A DNA stretch of 64,000 bases from Diplonema japonicum (GCA_964019335.1 OZ025692.1:124001-188000); one strand, 5' to 3'. Positions 43,691-54,592 are shown, counted from the first letter of the stretch. Made by a program: numbers and translations. The notes: generated by a model from the sequence alone, not told the origin.

Positions 43691-43896
43691 CTCTTCCCAA
43701 TCTGGTACCTGGTGGAACGTTGAAAACCGTAATACGGCCCTAACTGGAAAAAAGCTAGAGAAGGGCCAAAACTCGTTTTTCTTCTTCTTCGTAATCTTTT
43801 AATTTTATTATAACGTTATTCGACTCTGTTGTACATATACAAACACGCACACTTTTTCTTTTCATTCCACTGATCTTTTTCTGATGTTCGCTGTAC

Positions 43897-44058
43897 TTAT
43901 AACCAACAAGAGCAAACAGGGGGGTACATAGGAGGTGCGGGAATGGGCTCCGTGGCTTTGTACCACTTACGAAGAACGTTTTCAGCAGGTTTAAACTTTG
44001 GGTCCATGCATGAGTTGTTCATTCCTCCAAACGCGGCGTCTGAGAGGGGGGAAAGATC

Positions 44059-44108
<50 letters not shown>

Positions 44109-45127
44109 CTCAATTGTTGTATCATACCTGTGGCCCAGTTCCACCAGAAAACCCCCTCGAACCAATCATATTTGGTCATGGCAGTGAGGGCAGCCTCGAA
44201 CTGAGTGGCCTGAGAGTCGAGAGATTCCTGAGTTGGGGCGTGGGTTACTTTTCCGCCGTTGGCGAAACAATCGGCACCGAATCCTGAACAGTAGCCCATT
44301 TCAGTGAAGACGATGGGCTTGTTCCATTTCTGGTGGAGCGCTGCCATCTGGACTTCAACGGGAGCCCATGCCGCGAGAAGTTGCTCCATCGTAGGATACT
44401 TCCCATCGATCAGATTGTAGTACTGCTTGATGTAGTACTCATCACAACCGATTACATCCATGAGATCCCACCATTTCTTGTCTGTGAGTTCACCGGGGCC
44501 GTTAGGAGGCGACCAGTTCGCACTGTCTGTGAGCGTTCCGTTGTACGCGTTGCGGATCTTCGGGATGAGGTTTCTCCAATGTTGTTCTTCTTTTGAGGCG
44601 GCGATCAGTTCGCAGGAGACGCTGAACATTTCAACGCCTGTCTTCTGTGCGATCTCCGCGTACTGCATGATGTATGGCTCGTACGAGGCAAACCAGGTGT
44701 CCCATTGTTGAGCGTTGAAGTTTTCCCCGATGTTTCCTCTCCAGTGCTGCGGGGTGTCGTCAATAAGGTCGATGTGCGGCTTCAACATCACCTTCATCCC
44801 AAGGGAGTGAATCTCGTCAATCGTGGCAATAAGGTTCTCGTTTGTGACAGTTTTACACCATCCTGTAGGGGTGGCGCTGCATCTTGTCGGTTTGTTGTAT
44901 AATGGGTAGATCACCGTTGAGTTCATGTTCGTCTGGTACTGCGTCACAGCCACCGCCACGTAGTTCGTCCCAGTCGTGGCCAGATGCTTCAGGGAGTCCG
45001 TGCTGACGCTGCTGCCCATGGACACGTTCGGGCAGTACCTCTCGTCTGTGAACGTCATTCCTGAGTACTTCAGCTTCTGCGGTAGTGTGGCCATGCCCAC
45101 CATCACGGTCAACCCCAGTAGAATCAT
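43897..45127 (-). CDS. Secreted glycoside hydrolase family 113 (beta-mannanase-like)
   Basis: KVMLKPHID, SCEL, FTEMGY and GVFWWNW. Intron 44040-44127 restores the C-terminus ...PKFKPAENVLRKWY...; stop 43897. Confidence 0.88.
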
Positions 45128-45563
45128 CTTTTTTTTTTTCTTCTCTTTTTCTTTAATATGGTTGCAGCAACGCGTTGTTTTCTTTTCATTCTCAGAAAAA
45201 TATTAACTTTTAGATAAACTACAGGATTAGCCTGGAAAGACACCCGGAGTATTCAAATATTGTGTAAAGTACAAGAAAAGAAAAAAAAAGATTGATTGAC
45301 ACCTGAAGCTACCGCCCTACATCCTCGGTTGTATAAAAATAGAACCTTTTTAACATTTTTAACTGGGCATTTCTTTTATCAAACTAAACAAAAAAAAGAA
45401 GATAAGCAGTCATTTTCTTTTTGTGGTAAATAGCGTGTCCCCCCCCCCCCCCCCCTCTCCCTTTTTTTTCTTTCTTTTTTTGTATCTGTTTGAAAACACT
45501 ACTGCTAAAGCTCTTAATTTTGTCCGGTAACGAAAGTGTCCCGGAAAAAAAAGAGACATACTA

Positions 45564-47675
45564 CTAACTAATTGTCATCTGCAACGGCTTCTTTCCCTTG
45601 AGGAAGTAAGTCTGGTAGGTGCCGAAGCCTTTGAGGTTGACTGGGTCCCTCTTCTCGAAGATGTATCCGAGGGGTTCGAGGGCGTCATAGAAGCTAGGGG
45701 AGACCTGGATCTCTTCGGGGAGGCCTGTCGACTCCAACCGAGAAGCGAGGTTCACGGTGGCCCCCAAGATGTCGTACTGTACTTTCTCTGTCCCAAACAC
45801 ACCTGCTGTGAGTGGGCCCTCTGCAAGACCTACTCGGAAACGGACTGGCCTCACCTTAAGTGCATTTCTGATCACCTCCGAGTCTACCATGTCCACAGAT
45901 TCGTTGATCTTTTTCGCTTCGTCCAAAATCTGCATCGCGAAATCAGCGATCTCCCTCATCTGTGCTTGCTCAACGATGTCAGTTGCGGAGGCCTTGAACA
46001 GGTCCCGCTGTTTCCCGCGTTTCCCACTCTTGTCCTGCACACCCCCTGCCAGCATGTAACAGTCACCGATCACCTTGATTTTCTCCAGTTTGTATTCCTT
46101 CACCAACTTGTCCAGTTTGTTGAAGATTAGGTTGCTGTACTCCACTACCTGCCGCGACTCCAGCTCCTTCGTGAAATTCGTGAAGCCCACAATGTCAGCG
46201 AACAGCACCGTCGCATGCGAGTAGCTGTCGGCGATCTTTTCCCCGTTTTTCACCCTCTCAGATATCTGGTACGGCAGCGTGGCGTTCAGCACCCGCTGCG
46301 ACTCACACAGCACAGTGCTCTTCACGATTATCGACCAGAATGTGGAAAACACACTTTGCAAGATCCGGCCAGTGGAGAGATCGAAGTCTCCATTCGTGAG
46401 TCCCAGCAGACCTACTGGCTCATCGACGAATATGATGGGCACCAGCAGCATGCAGCTCACTTTCATGTGCCCAACGGGAAGGTTTAAGGAGCTTCCATTG
46501 GGGTCGAAGAAGGGAACGCCTTCAGCTAGCGTCCTCTGCAAGCGGTTCCCTTCACGCAGCTGGGGGTGGTCCATGCCCTTCATCTTCGTGTTCTTGATGT
46601 ACATAGCAGACTCCGAGAAGATGTAGTAGATGAATTTTAAGGTATTGGTGCGGTACCTCTCGCTCGTTGTGCCCACGGACGTTAACTGGCTGTTCTTGCG
46701 CCCTAACTGCGGTGTGACGACCTTCAGATTGGCAGGTGTGTTCGTGACCGCCAGCAGCACTTCAGCTGAAAAGTAGTTTTCAAAGAAATTCGCGACAGCT
46801 TCCAACATGAGAGTCCACAATTCGTTTGAAGAGTGTGTCTTCGAGCTACTCAGGATCTCCTCTACGACTTTCTCTAGCTGCAGAATGATCTCGTCTCTGT
46901 ACAAGCTTTCCTCGACGAGGGCTGACTCTGTCTGCTTCTTCCTGACCTCCTCCAGGGCTATGTTGATGAGGGACTGGATGTTCGAGGTCCAGATCTCAGG
47001 GAGAAGGTCATACAGAAGCTGCTGGTCGTGGACGGCGTAGTCCCCGTCCAGAAGGATGAGAAGGGCGATTGTTGTGTTCTCCACCACCACCGGGACCACC
47101 AGCATGGACTGGACTTCCATTTCCATCCCGTCGTTGTTGTACAGCTCCAGATCCGTGAGCTCCTTCACCCCGAAGATCTTTGCCCTCTTCTGCACAATCA
47201 GGTCCCTGTACAGGTTGATGTTCTCCATCGCAGTCATGTCCTGCTTGTTGAACCAGTACGACTTCAGCCGGAGGTGCTGCCTGATGCACTTGTTCCCCGC
47301 TCCGATCGATGCATTGAACGGAACGTCCAGCAGCACCACCCCCGCGTTCCCAGAGTACGTGTGCACAGCCGTGCACAGCAGGTGGTGCATCGAGTCGTTC
47401 AGCACGGAGTCCACAGTGCTCGTGTCCACGTTCCGCACCTCGATCGATGACAGCCCTTTCTTCAGCTCCTGCTTTCGAGTCTCCGTGCGTTGCGTCTGCA
47501 ACAGGTGCTCGTTCAGCGTGTGGATCGCAGCATCCCTTTCGATCAGCTTCTCCTGGAGCACCATGATCCTCGACAGCAACAAGGAACTCGAGTCGGCAGA
47601 TGTCGGAACTGCCCTACAGGAGGGACTGTTCACGTTGTCCTCGTTACAGGGACTAATCCATGACTTGGAATCCAT
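45564..47675 (-). CDS. Soluble class III adenylate cyclase with two GAF-like domains (paralogue B)
   Basis: Same motifs as 41522-43690, with long blocks of identical sequence. Confidence 0.9.
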   Translation of the reverse strand: MDSKSWISPCNEDNVNSPSCRAVPTSADSSSLLLSRIMVLQEKLIERDAAIHTLNEHLLQTQRTETRKQELKKGLSSIEVRNVDTSTVDSVLNDSMHHLLCTAVHTYSGNAGVVLLDVPFNASIGAGNKCIRQHLRLKSYWFNKQDMTAMENINLYRDLIVQKRAKIFGVKELTDLELYNNDGMEMEVQSMLVVPVVVENTTIALLILLDGDYAVHDQQLLYDLLPEIWTSNIQSLINIALEEVRKKQTESALVEESLYRDEIILQLEKVVEEILSSSKTHSSNELWTLMLEAVANFFENYFSAEVLLAVTNTPANLKVVTPQLGRKNSQLTSVGTTSERYRTNTLKFIYYIFSESAMYIKNTKMKGMDHPQLREGNRLQRTLAEGVPFFDPNGSSLNLPVGHMKVSCMLLVPIIFVDEPVGLLGLTNGDFDLSTGRILQSVFSTFWSIIVKSTVLCESQRVLNATLPYQISERVKNGEKIADSYSHATVLFADIVGFTNFTKELESRQVVEYSNLIFNKLDKLVKEYKLEKIKVIGDCYMLAGGVQDKSGKRGKQRDLFKASATDIVEQAQMREIADFAMQILDEAKKINESVDMVDSEVIRNALKVRPVRFRVGLAEGPLTAGVFGTEKVQYDILGATVNLASRLESTGLPEEIQVSPSFYDALEPLGYIFEKRDPVNLKGFGTYQTYFLKGKKPLQMTIS

Positions 47676-47775
47676 ATGTGCAGGGGGCGGAGGGTCTGCA
47701 ACCTTAATGACACGTTCTTTTTTTTAAAATTGCGTGCAAACAGAGAATATATAAAAAAAAAAAAAAATTAAAGTG

Positions 47776-49095
47776 TCATAGTTCAAGAGCAGAATGCAAG
47801 AATGCCAAAGTGTCCCGATAGTCTGAGGGGGGTCTCGACGGTCGTAGTGGGGGCGGCGGGGGAGGCTTGGCCGTACTACGCGGCGGCTTCCACCCAACGA
47901 ACTCCCGCTTAAGTTGGATGACAAGCGATCTGGTGTGCCGCACGAGATTAAACCAAATAGCAGGCCCTCCCAAGGTATACTCGAAAGATGCACCATAAGT
48001 CGAGTTGTCAGTTGACGTGGCAGTCCAAGTATACTTCCCAAAGACGGGCATGCGGCCATAAGGAGATCCCCATGGAGGGGTGACGGCAATGGGAAGAGGT
48101 AGGTCGCCGAAGGCTACGGTTTTGTTGGTTAGGATGACAACGATGCGTGGGTTGGAGGAGCAGTCCCATTCCTTACCCTCACCCCACGAGGGCTTGAATA
48201 TGTAGCCAAGCCAGCTCACCTCCGCACCGCATGTGAAAGATGTGAGATAATGCGAAGCCTTCGACAACACTGAAGCGGCAATGGACCTCCCCATCAGATA
48301 CCTTGCATGGTTTGTGGGGTGCACATGGTCGTCCAAGATCCCCGACCAAGATTTCTTTTTTGAGTTCTGCTTTTCCCGGAGAAGACCCCAATGAGTATCG
48401 CTGTAAATCCCACGTACTGAAACAGCAATTTCACTAATACCAAGGTTTACTTCGTGATGCCACCGACTTGTGCCACCGGGGTACGAAGTGCATGGGGTGA
48501 TGCTTGTGAGTATGAAGGCAACATCAGGAAGGCGTAAACGGATCGAAGATACGAAGCTTCTGTAGATAGAAAGAAATGCCGCCGACGCAAGGTGTTTGAA
48601 CGCGTCGTTGATTCCCAGTTGAACCGTAATGCCCTTGCAGCCCTTTTCTAGGGTTGTGTTGAGAACCTTCTCAACATAGTCGGTCGAGGGGTCGTTGAGC
48701 AAGTCAAGGAGACCCATACCGGGCGATGAGATCACTGCCGCATCACCGTTGTATCCACCTTGCCCAATGATCGAGGTGGCGAACTGCGGGTAACCGTAAA
48801 TTCCTTTCCGCATTTTTGACCAAGCCATGCTGTCTGCAACAAAGATCATGCAGCTGTAATTCGATGCGAGCCGTATAGGGCTCTCTAGCTCCCGCTGCAG
48901 AGGGTGGACAGAGAACAGAAGCTTTTTCTTCGTTGAATTTTCTACCGGTAGGCTCTTGGCCGCTGGGCTGTTGTTTGGCTCGGTTGAGTCGTCAGGGCCT
49001 TCCCCGTCATTTGTTCCCTTGAACAAAATGCTCGCATCTCTCCAACAATATCCTGCCAGCCAGCACATGACGCCGATCGCGAGTGTTTGCTTCAT
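47776..49095 (-). CDS. SGNH/GDSL-family hydrolase, signal-anchored
   Basis: Block I VADSMA (ADS in place of GDS), block III QLGINDA and block V DHVHPT. Confidence 0.78.
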   Translation of the reverse strand: MKQTLAIGVMCWLAGYCWRDASILFKGTNDGEGPDDSTEPNNSPAAKSLPVENSTKKKLLFSVHPLQRELESPIRLASNYSCMIFVADSMAWSKMRKGIYGYPQFATSIIGQGGYNGDAAVISSPGMGLLDLLNDPSTDYVEKVLNTTLEKGCKGITVQLGINDAFKHLASAAFLSIYRSFVSSIRLRLPDVAFILTSITPCTSYPGGTSRWHHEVNLGISEIAVSVRGIYSDTHWGLLREKQNSKKKSWSGILDDHVHPTNHARYLMGRSIAASVLSKASHYLTSFTCGAEVSWLGYIFKPSWGEGKEWDCSSNPRIVVILTNKTVAFGDLPLPIAVTPPWGSPYGRMPVFGKYTWTATSTDNSTYGASFEYTLGGPAIWFNLVRHTRSLVIQLKREFVGWKPPRSTAKPPPPPPLRPSRPPSDYRDTLAFLHSALEL

Positions 49096-49253
49096 TTATT
49101 TCTTCCGTACCTTCTTTTCTTTTGTGTAAAACATTCTGAAGGTAGCCTTTTTTTTTTTAACTCGATAATTTATAAGAGCGCTCATGCTCGTTACAAAAAA
49201 AAAAATGAGCGAAAAGAGGGGGCGGAGTCATCATTCTTAGAACTCAAATAACT

Positions 49254-49528
49254 CTATTTTGTTTTCTTCTTTCCCGGAATCAGGTTCAAAAAGTGCAGAA
49301 ACCCCATGAAGAGCACGAACATAATCGGCATGGTCAACACGTGGTATACAGGCCACAACGCGATGGCGAAGAGGAGGCTGTGGATATTAAAAAAAAGAAA
49401 AAAACGGGGGGGGGAAATACCTCCCAAAGACCCAGAAGAAGGTTGCTACAGGTATTGCTTGGGGCTTTCCTGGGAGTCGATCGAGGGTCACAAGATCAAA
49501 GTGGTCGGGGTCGGCAGTGAAGCTGTGT

Positions 49529-49569
<41 letters not shown>

Positions 49570-50083
49570 CCCCAAGGGCCCTGGGCCCGGCTGGGTTGGG
49601 CATCAACTATAGGTTGCTGCACCCTGAATGCTTTGTTAGGTGAGACTAAGGCGGCAGAAGCAATGACACTTCACCAGCAACCCCATGTGCCTTAAGTGAC
49701 CTCCTGACCTGAGGTCCCCCAAGTCCCCCCCGGACTTGGGACTTGGGGGGACCTTGCCAACACGGCAAGGGGGCTTTTTTCTTTTTTTTTTTTCTTTGTT
49801 CATACGCGAGATATCCCCCCACGCTGAGCGTGATTCCCAAGAAAACCAACGAAAGCCACAACACGAGTCTATTGACGAGGTTGGAGTGCAAGAACACACC
49901 CACAAGATCCGACTCTTTAAGCACCCACCCAGCCACGCCCACCCATGCCAAGCACCATACATACTTCCCCACTACCGACGCTGTACTTTGTTCCCTCCCT
50001 GCCTCTTCTTCCTCATCTGTCTCGTCGTCGCTGTCAAAAACCGCCTTGCGCTGCCTTACCGTGTCGTCATCGTGTGTTGCCAT
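49254..50083 (-). CDS. TMEM128-like membrane protein (3 exons)
   Basis: Exons 49806-50083, 49421-49522 and 49254-49377 join through GT-AG introns. The product reads ...PQAIPVATFFWVFGSLLFAIALWPVYHVLTMPIMFVLFMGF..., resembling TMEM128. Confidence 0.78.
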
Positions 50084-50858
50084 TATTTCTTTTTGTTTTT
50101 GTTTCTCGTTCTCTCTCTCTTTATCCCTCCCCCCCTCCCCCCCCCCCCCCCCTCTGTTTTTAAACAAGAATCAAGTTGATGGTGGGCCCCAGAAAAAAAA
50201 AGGAATACCCTGCAGCTTCTTGCGCTTAGCGTGGTGCGCCATTTGGCGGAAAACACCCCACAGAGATAACATCGACTCACCAATGGTGGCTCACCCTGCC
50301 CCAGGGAGCTAAGGAATCACACCCTTTGTGGCTATCTACAAAGGGAACAAGGTGTACCTCAGGGTTTCGAGGGAAACAAGGGAGCGGGTGCTCCTCCCCA
50401 CTGGCTATGTGCCACCCCCCCTACAAGGAGTAGTGGGGAGCGATAGACCGGAGCCTGAGACACGGCGGAACCCCCCGAGGGAGAGGCGCAGGCAAGGATA
50501 AAAGAGGATGAAACGGGGGGGGGGGGGGGGAATAAGTACATTGGTGAAGAATGGGGGAAAAGTGTTATCAGCCCCCCCCCCCCCATTTCATCAGATAGAA
50601 TAGAAAACGTTTGTGCGGTATTTGCTTTTCCCCTTGGGAAAAAAAAACCCCCCCCATTTCGCGCAATTGCTTTTTTTGTTCTCCTTCCTTTTCTTTTAAA
50701 CGCACTCGATGAAGAAAAAAATCGATAAAGTTTCAGTGTGCAGGGGGGGGGGGGGGTGCTCACTGTTCAGGATGAAATTCACACTTATCGAAAGAAAAAA
50801 AAAGCTAGAGATTGCAGGGGGGGGGGGGGGGGGGCAAAAGAAAACAAGAACTCATAAG

Positions 50859-50920
50859 AAAAGGTGTCTTTGAAGGGAACCTGCAGTATGTGACAGGATC
50901 GCCCAAGAAAGAAAAAAAAA
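50859..50920. repeat. Dispersed ~60-bp motif, copy 3
   Basis: aaaaggtgtctttgaagggaacctgcagtatgtgacaggatcgcccaagaaagaaaa differs from copy 2 by 2 substitutions and a 2-nt indel. Confidence 0.85.
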
Positions 50921-50993
50921 ACACGCCACACAATAATGTCATACAATTAATCACAAGACCCCCCCCCCCCCCCCCCCCCCCCACCCATTCCTC

Positions 50994-52592
50994 TTATCCC
51001 ACCTGCACTGTGTCCCAAAAGTCGCACTGCTCCTTATGGAAGTTTGAAACAGCATGGAAACCCTTACCACCGTTGGAAGTCGAGATGTCGAACCCAAGGC
51101 GCAGGTCTGAACTGGGGACATATTGGGCCCAAGGGAGGCCCGGCGAGGAGGACTTTGCAAATTCTATCCAGAAAGCAGACACGCCGCCAGCTAGCTCTTG
51201 CTCAGAAGGCACAGCCCAGCTACAGTTATATGGCGATCCCTGAACTGTGCAGTTGTAAACGTAAGGGACGTCCGACCCATGCGGGACAAGGAACGATCCT
51301 GGTCCTGAATCGGGTAAAATCGTCGGTGAAGACGTGGGATGCAACAGAACGTATGAGAAGACACCTTTACCTGCCTCAGCTATGCTGCGTGTTGCACGGC
51401 GGTGCGGGCACGTGAAGATCGCATCAGTACTTGCGGCCATGGTTGCCCACCACCACCATGTGAACCCCTCTCCAAGGTCGCGAGGGTAAGGAAAGCTCTG
51501 GTTCGAGTACAGATCCTTGAGGTTATGGAGAAGACTCGCATTCCCGTTTAAAAACGGCAGCATAACCCCGTCGAACGAAAGCTCCGTGAGGTTGTGCACA
51601 CCCTCAAGGAACATGGCGGTCTCATCACGATTAGTCCCTGCAAGAAGCGGGACCTTATGGAACTCACCTTTAGCAAAAGCAACAGCAGGGGACACTGTGA
51701 GCTCAACGTTGTCGACAACAGGCGCCCACAAGAGGTGACGCATGCCTCCGGCGATCATCAGTTCACCGCCTGGAAAATTCCGCACACCATGCCTGACCTC
51801 ATCTGCTGTAAGTGCTTTCAAACACGCAACATCGCTGCACGTCGTGTTACCGAGCAGCCAAGTGAACACCTCCTCAGCGTGATACATAGGGTTGGAGCAC
51901 CATGACGCACCAAGACCAGATTCTGCGATTGCTTTACGGTACAAACCGTCGGATTTACGAGAAGCGAGATGGCAAGAAACGGACCCTGCACCGGCCGACT
52001 CGCCGAAAATCATTACATTGCTCGGGTCGCCTCCAAACGACGCAACATGGTCCTTGGCCCATTTCATGGCCGCACGTTGGTCTTGCAAACCGTAGTTTCC
52101 AGTGGAGGGATTTTGCAACGAACGGAGACGTTCGCCTCCAAGAAACCCGAAGACTCCTAGCCGGTAGTTTATGGTGATAACGATGACTTCATTGTTGGAT
52201 CGGCGTGTTAATGATGCTCCAGGGTAGATGCTGCCACAACCGGATATGTATGACCCACCGTGGATGAAGAGGAGTACAGGTAGAGGTTGTGTTGGCTTAC
52301 TTGTCGGTGTGTAGACGTTGAGGTACAAGCAGTCCTCGCTGTAGGGTTTTGTCTTGCATCCTGACCCTGCCCCGTAGCATGCGTTGCCCCACTCTGTGGC
52401 GTTGTAGATGTCATGCCATGGAGCTGTTTCTTTAGGGGGGGCCCATCTTTCTTGAGTTGCGTATTTAATTCCCAGGAACATGTCAACGCCATCGTTTTCA
52501 ACCCCCCTCACCTTTCCCAATCCTTTTATATCTACAATCGGGCCCTGCGCGGTCACCACCGCTGCTATCAAGCCGTACACCGCGGTTCTCAT
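50994..52592 (-). CDS. Secreted type-B carboxylesterase/cholinesterase-family enzyme
   Basis: SEDCLYLNV, FIHGGSY, NYRLGVFGF, FGESAG, GTNRDE and HGSDV; likely ATG 52592 with signal peptide. Confidence 0.93.
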   Translation of the reverse strand: MRTAVYGLIAAVVTAQGPIVDIKGLGKVRGVENDGVDMFLGIKYATQERWAPPKETAPWHDIYNATEWGNACYGAGSGCKTKPYSEDCLYLNVYTPTSKPTQPLPVLLFIHGGSYISGCGSIYPGASLTRRSNNEVIVITINYRLGVFGFLGGERLRSLQNPSTGNYGLQDQRAAMKWAKDHVASFGGDPSNVMIFGESAGAGSVSCHLASRKSDGLYRKAIAESGLGASWCSNPMYHAEEVFTWLLGNTTCSDVACLKALTADEVRHGVRNFPGGELMIAGGMRHLLWAPVVDNVELTVSPAVAFAKGEFHKVPLLAGTNRDETAMFLEGVHNLTELSFDGVMLPFLNGNASLLHNLKDLYSNQSFPYPRDLGEGFTWWWWATMAASTDAIFTCPHRRATRSIAEAGKGVFSYVLLHPTSSPTILPDSGPGSFLVPHGSDVPYVYNCTVQGSPYNCSWAVPSEQELAGGVSAFWIEFAKSSSPGLPWAQYVPSSDLRLGFDISTSNGGKGFHAVSNFHKEQCDFWDTVQVG

Positions 52593-52965
52593 GTTTTCGT
52601 TGGTCCTGTTCTGGGATAATATACGATATTGTTTTTTTTTTTTTTTTGCACCACCCCAATTATTTTTCTTCGACTTTTTTAGAATAAAAAAGAAAACTAT
52701 CAAAAAAAGGGGGGGGTGTGTGGGTACCATGTTTTGATCGATACTTATGTTTTTTTTTCTTCTTCCTTTTCCCCCCTTTTTTTTCTTCCTTATCCCCCCC
52801 CCCCCCTTCTTCTCTCTAGTGCAGTGGTGGAGGGGGTGAGTGTGTAGTGCGAACGTCCCTTTAAGGGGTGGGATAGGTTTTTTTTTTTTTTTTTTTTTTT
52901 TTCTTTTTTTTTTTTTCCCTTCTTTGCCTCACCTTTCTTGAAGACAACACAAAACCAAATCCACC

Positions 52966-53202
52966 ATGGTCAATTATTCGCTATGTGTCGAAACTGCTGT
53001 TTTCTCAAAGTACTATTTTGCTGTTTTTGCTCTTCTTTTTTTTTCGCCAAGGGAAAAGCATAACATATTGTAGTAGCTTAATATAGCCAGAATTTTGTCC
53101 CGGAAACACTTGGTGTGATCGTTACAAATGAAACTTAAGATTTCCTTTCCTCCCCCGCTTGACACGAAGTTGCGACAAATAGCGAAATAATATTCTGACC
53201 AT
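52966..53202. mobile_element. Degenerate MITE-like element
   Basis: atggtcaattattcgctatgtgtcgaaact pairs, with gaps, to agttgcgacaaatagcgaaataatattctgaccat. Confidence 0.55.
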
Positions 53203-53324
53203 ATGAATCCGACACAAAAAAGAAAACACTTTTTTTTTCCTCTCTTCCCCCCCCCCCCCCCCCTTTCTCCTTTCGATCACTTACTCGAAGGAGGGGGTGA
53301 TGACCCCCCCACCCCTCCCTGAAC

Positions 53325-53364
<40 letters not shown>

Positions 53365-53441
53365 GCAATATGAACAAAACAAGGGACCAGCAGGGCTATT
53401 TTTTTTTTTTTTCTTTTTTTTTTGTTCCCCTTCTTTTTCTT

Positions 53442-54418
53442 TCATTCTTTGGGCAATGCAGCAGGAGCTGCTTGCGATGATATTTGAGCCGGTGCCGCTT
53501 CAGGAGGGGGTACCGATGGAGAGGTGGTCGTGGTGGCTGGGTCACCCACAGGTGCTTCTTCACACACAGCCTGTACAGGAGGAGCCGCATCATCAGCAGC
53601 AGGAACGAGGGCGGGACCTGGGACAAACCCAGGATACCCAGGTGGCATAGCTGGGTAGGAGGCCATGCCAGGGGGCATACCAGGAGGCATCGCCCCCATA
53701 TGCGGTGGAACACCATGAGGCATCCCAGGGGGCATGGATCCCATTGGGGGTGGTACCCCAGGGGGCATACCGTGAGGCATCGCCCCCATTGGGGGTGGAA
53801 CACCATGAGGCATAGGAGGTGGAACGCCAAGGGGCATACCAGGTGGCATTGTTCCCATAGGACAAGGAAAGGGCATACCAGGAGGCATTGACCCCATTTG
53901 GGGATGCATCAAGAATGAAGGTGTAGGCATACCCATGGGTGGACCCATGAAGGGGTAGCCCATCAGATCCATGGGAGGCATTATGCTCTGGTCCTGTGTG
54001 CTGTACAGTATCCTTTCCTGTTCTGTTAGCATGTTGCAAGGAATCCCCTGCATTCCATATACCTCAGCTCCGAAATTTGCCCGTTCAGTTATTGCGTTAG
54101 GGACCGATTCGACCTCGTGGCCGTGCCGCTTCAGGCAATGGCTTTTCATACCATTTGCGCTGGTCAGCTTTCTTTTGCAGACTTCACACTTAAAATGCTT
54201 TTCTTTCTGGTGTTGTATCAGAATACCTTCAGTCGAGAACTTCTTGTTGCAATAGTAACACCAAGGCTGTAGAGGTGAAAAGGAAAAAAAAGGGGGGGGG
54301 GAAGGAGGTTGTTTGTTGTTTTTCTTTTTTTTTTTTTCCTCCCTGCTTTTTTTGTTATCCATACCTCCGGTATTTTCGCTTGTTCCGCGACCTGCGCTTG
54401 CTTCTTCTTCTTTGCCAT
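53442..54418 (-). CDS. ZNF207: ZNF207/BuGZ/SUF4-like C2H2 zinc-finger protein with Pro/Met/Gly repeats
   Basis: MAKKKK... exon, intron 54267-54364, then PWCYYC...LIQHQKEKHFKC..C.RKL...VPNA..R...EVYGMQGIP. Confidence 0.88.
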
Positions 54419-54554
54419 ACTTTAATATTTATATTTTTTTTTTCTTACTAACTTATTACGTGTGCTTTTATGCCGCGTGGGTTGGTTTTTTTTTTTTTTT
54501 TTCTTTTTGCCTTTTGTAATATTCTTTTTTTCTCCTGGGGGTTGGGTAAAGAAA

Positions 54555-54592
54555 AAAATAAAATAAAATAAAATAAAATAAAATAAAATAAA
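54555..54592. repeat. (AAAAT)n microsatellite
   Basis: Visible directly in the sequence. Confidence 0.8.

Noticed and set aside
50859-51002. The repeated motif's CTGCAG|GTT as a splice acceptor extending the carboxylesterase
   Set aside because: The enzyme already ends after the typical C.FW motif, and the extension runs into low-complexity sequence; unsupported without cDNA.
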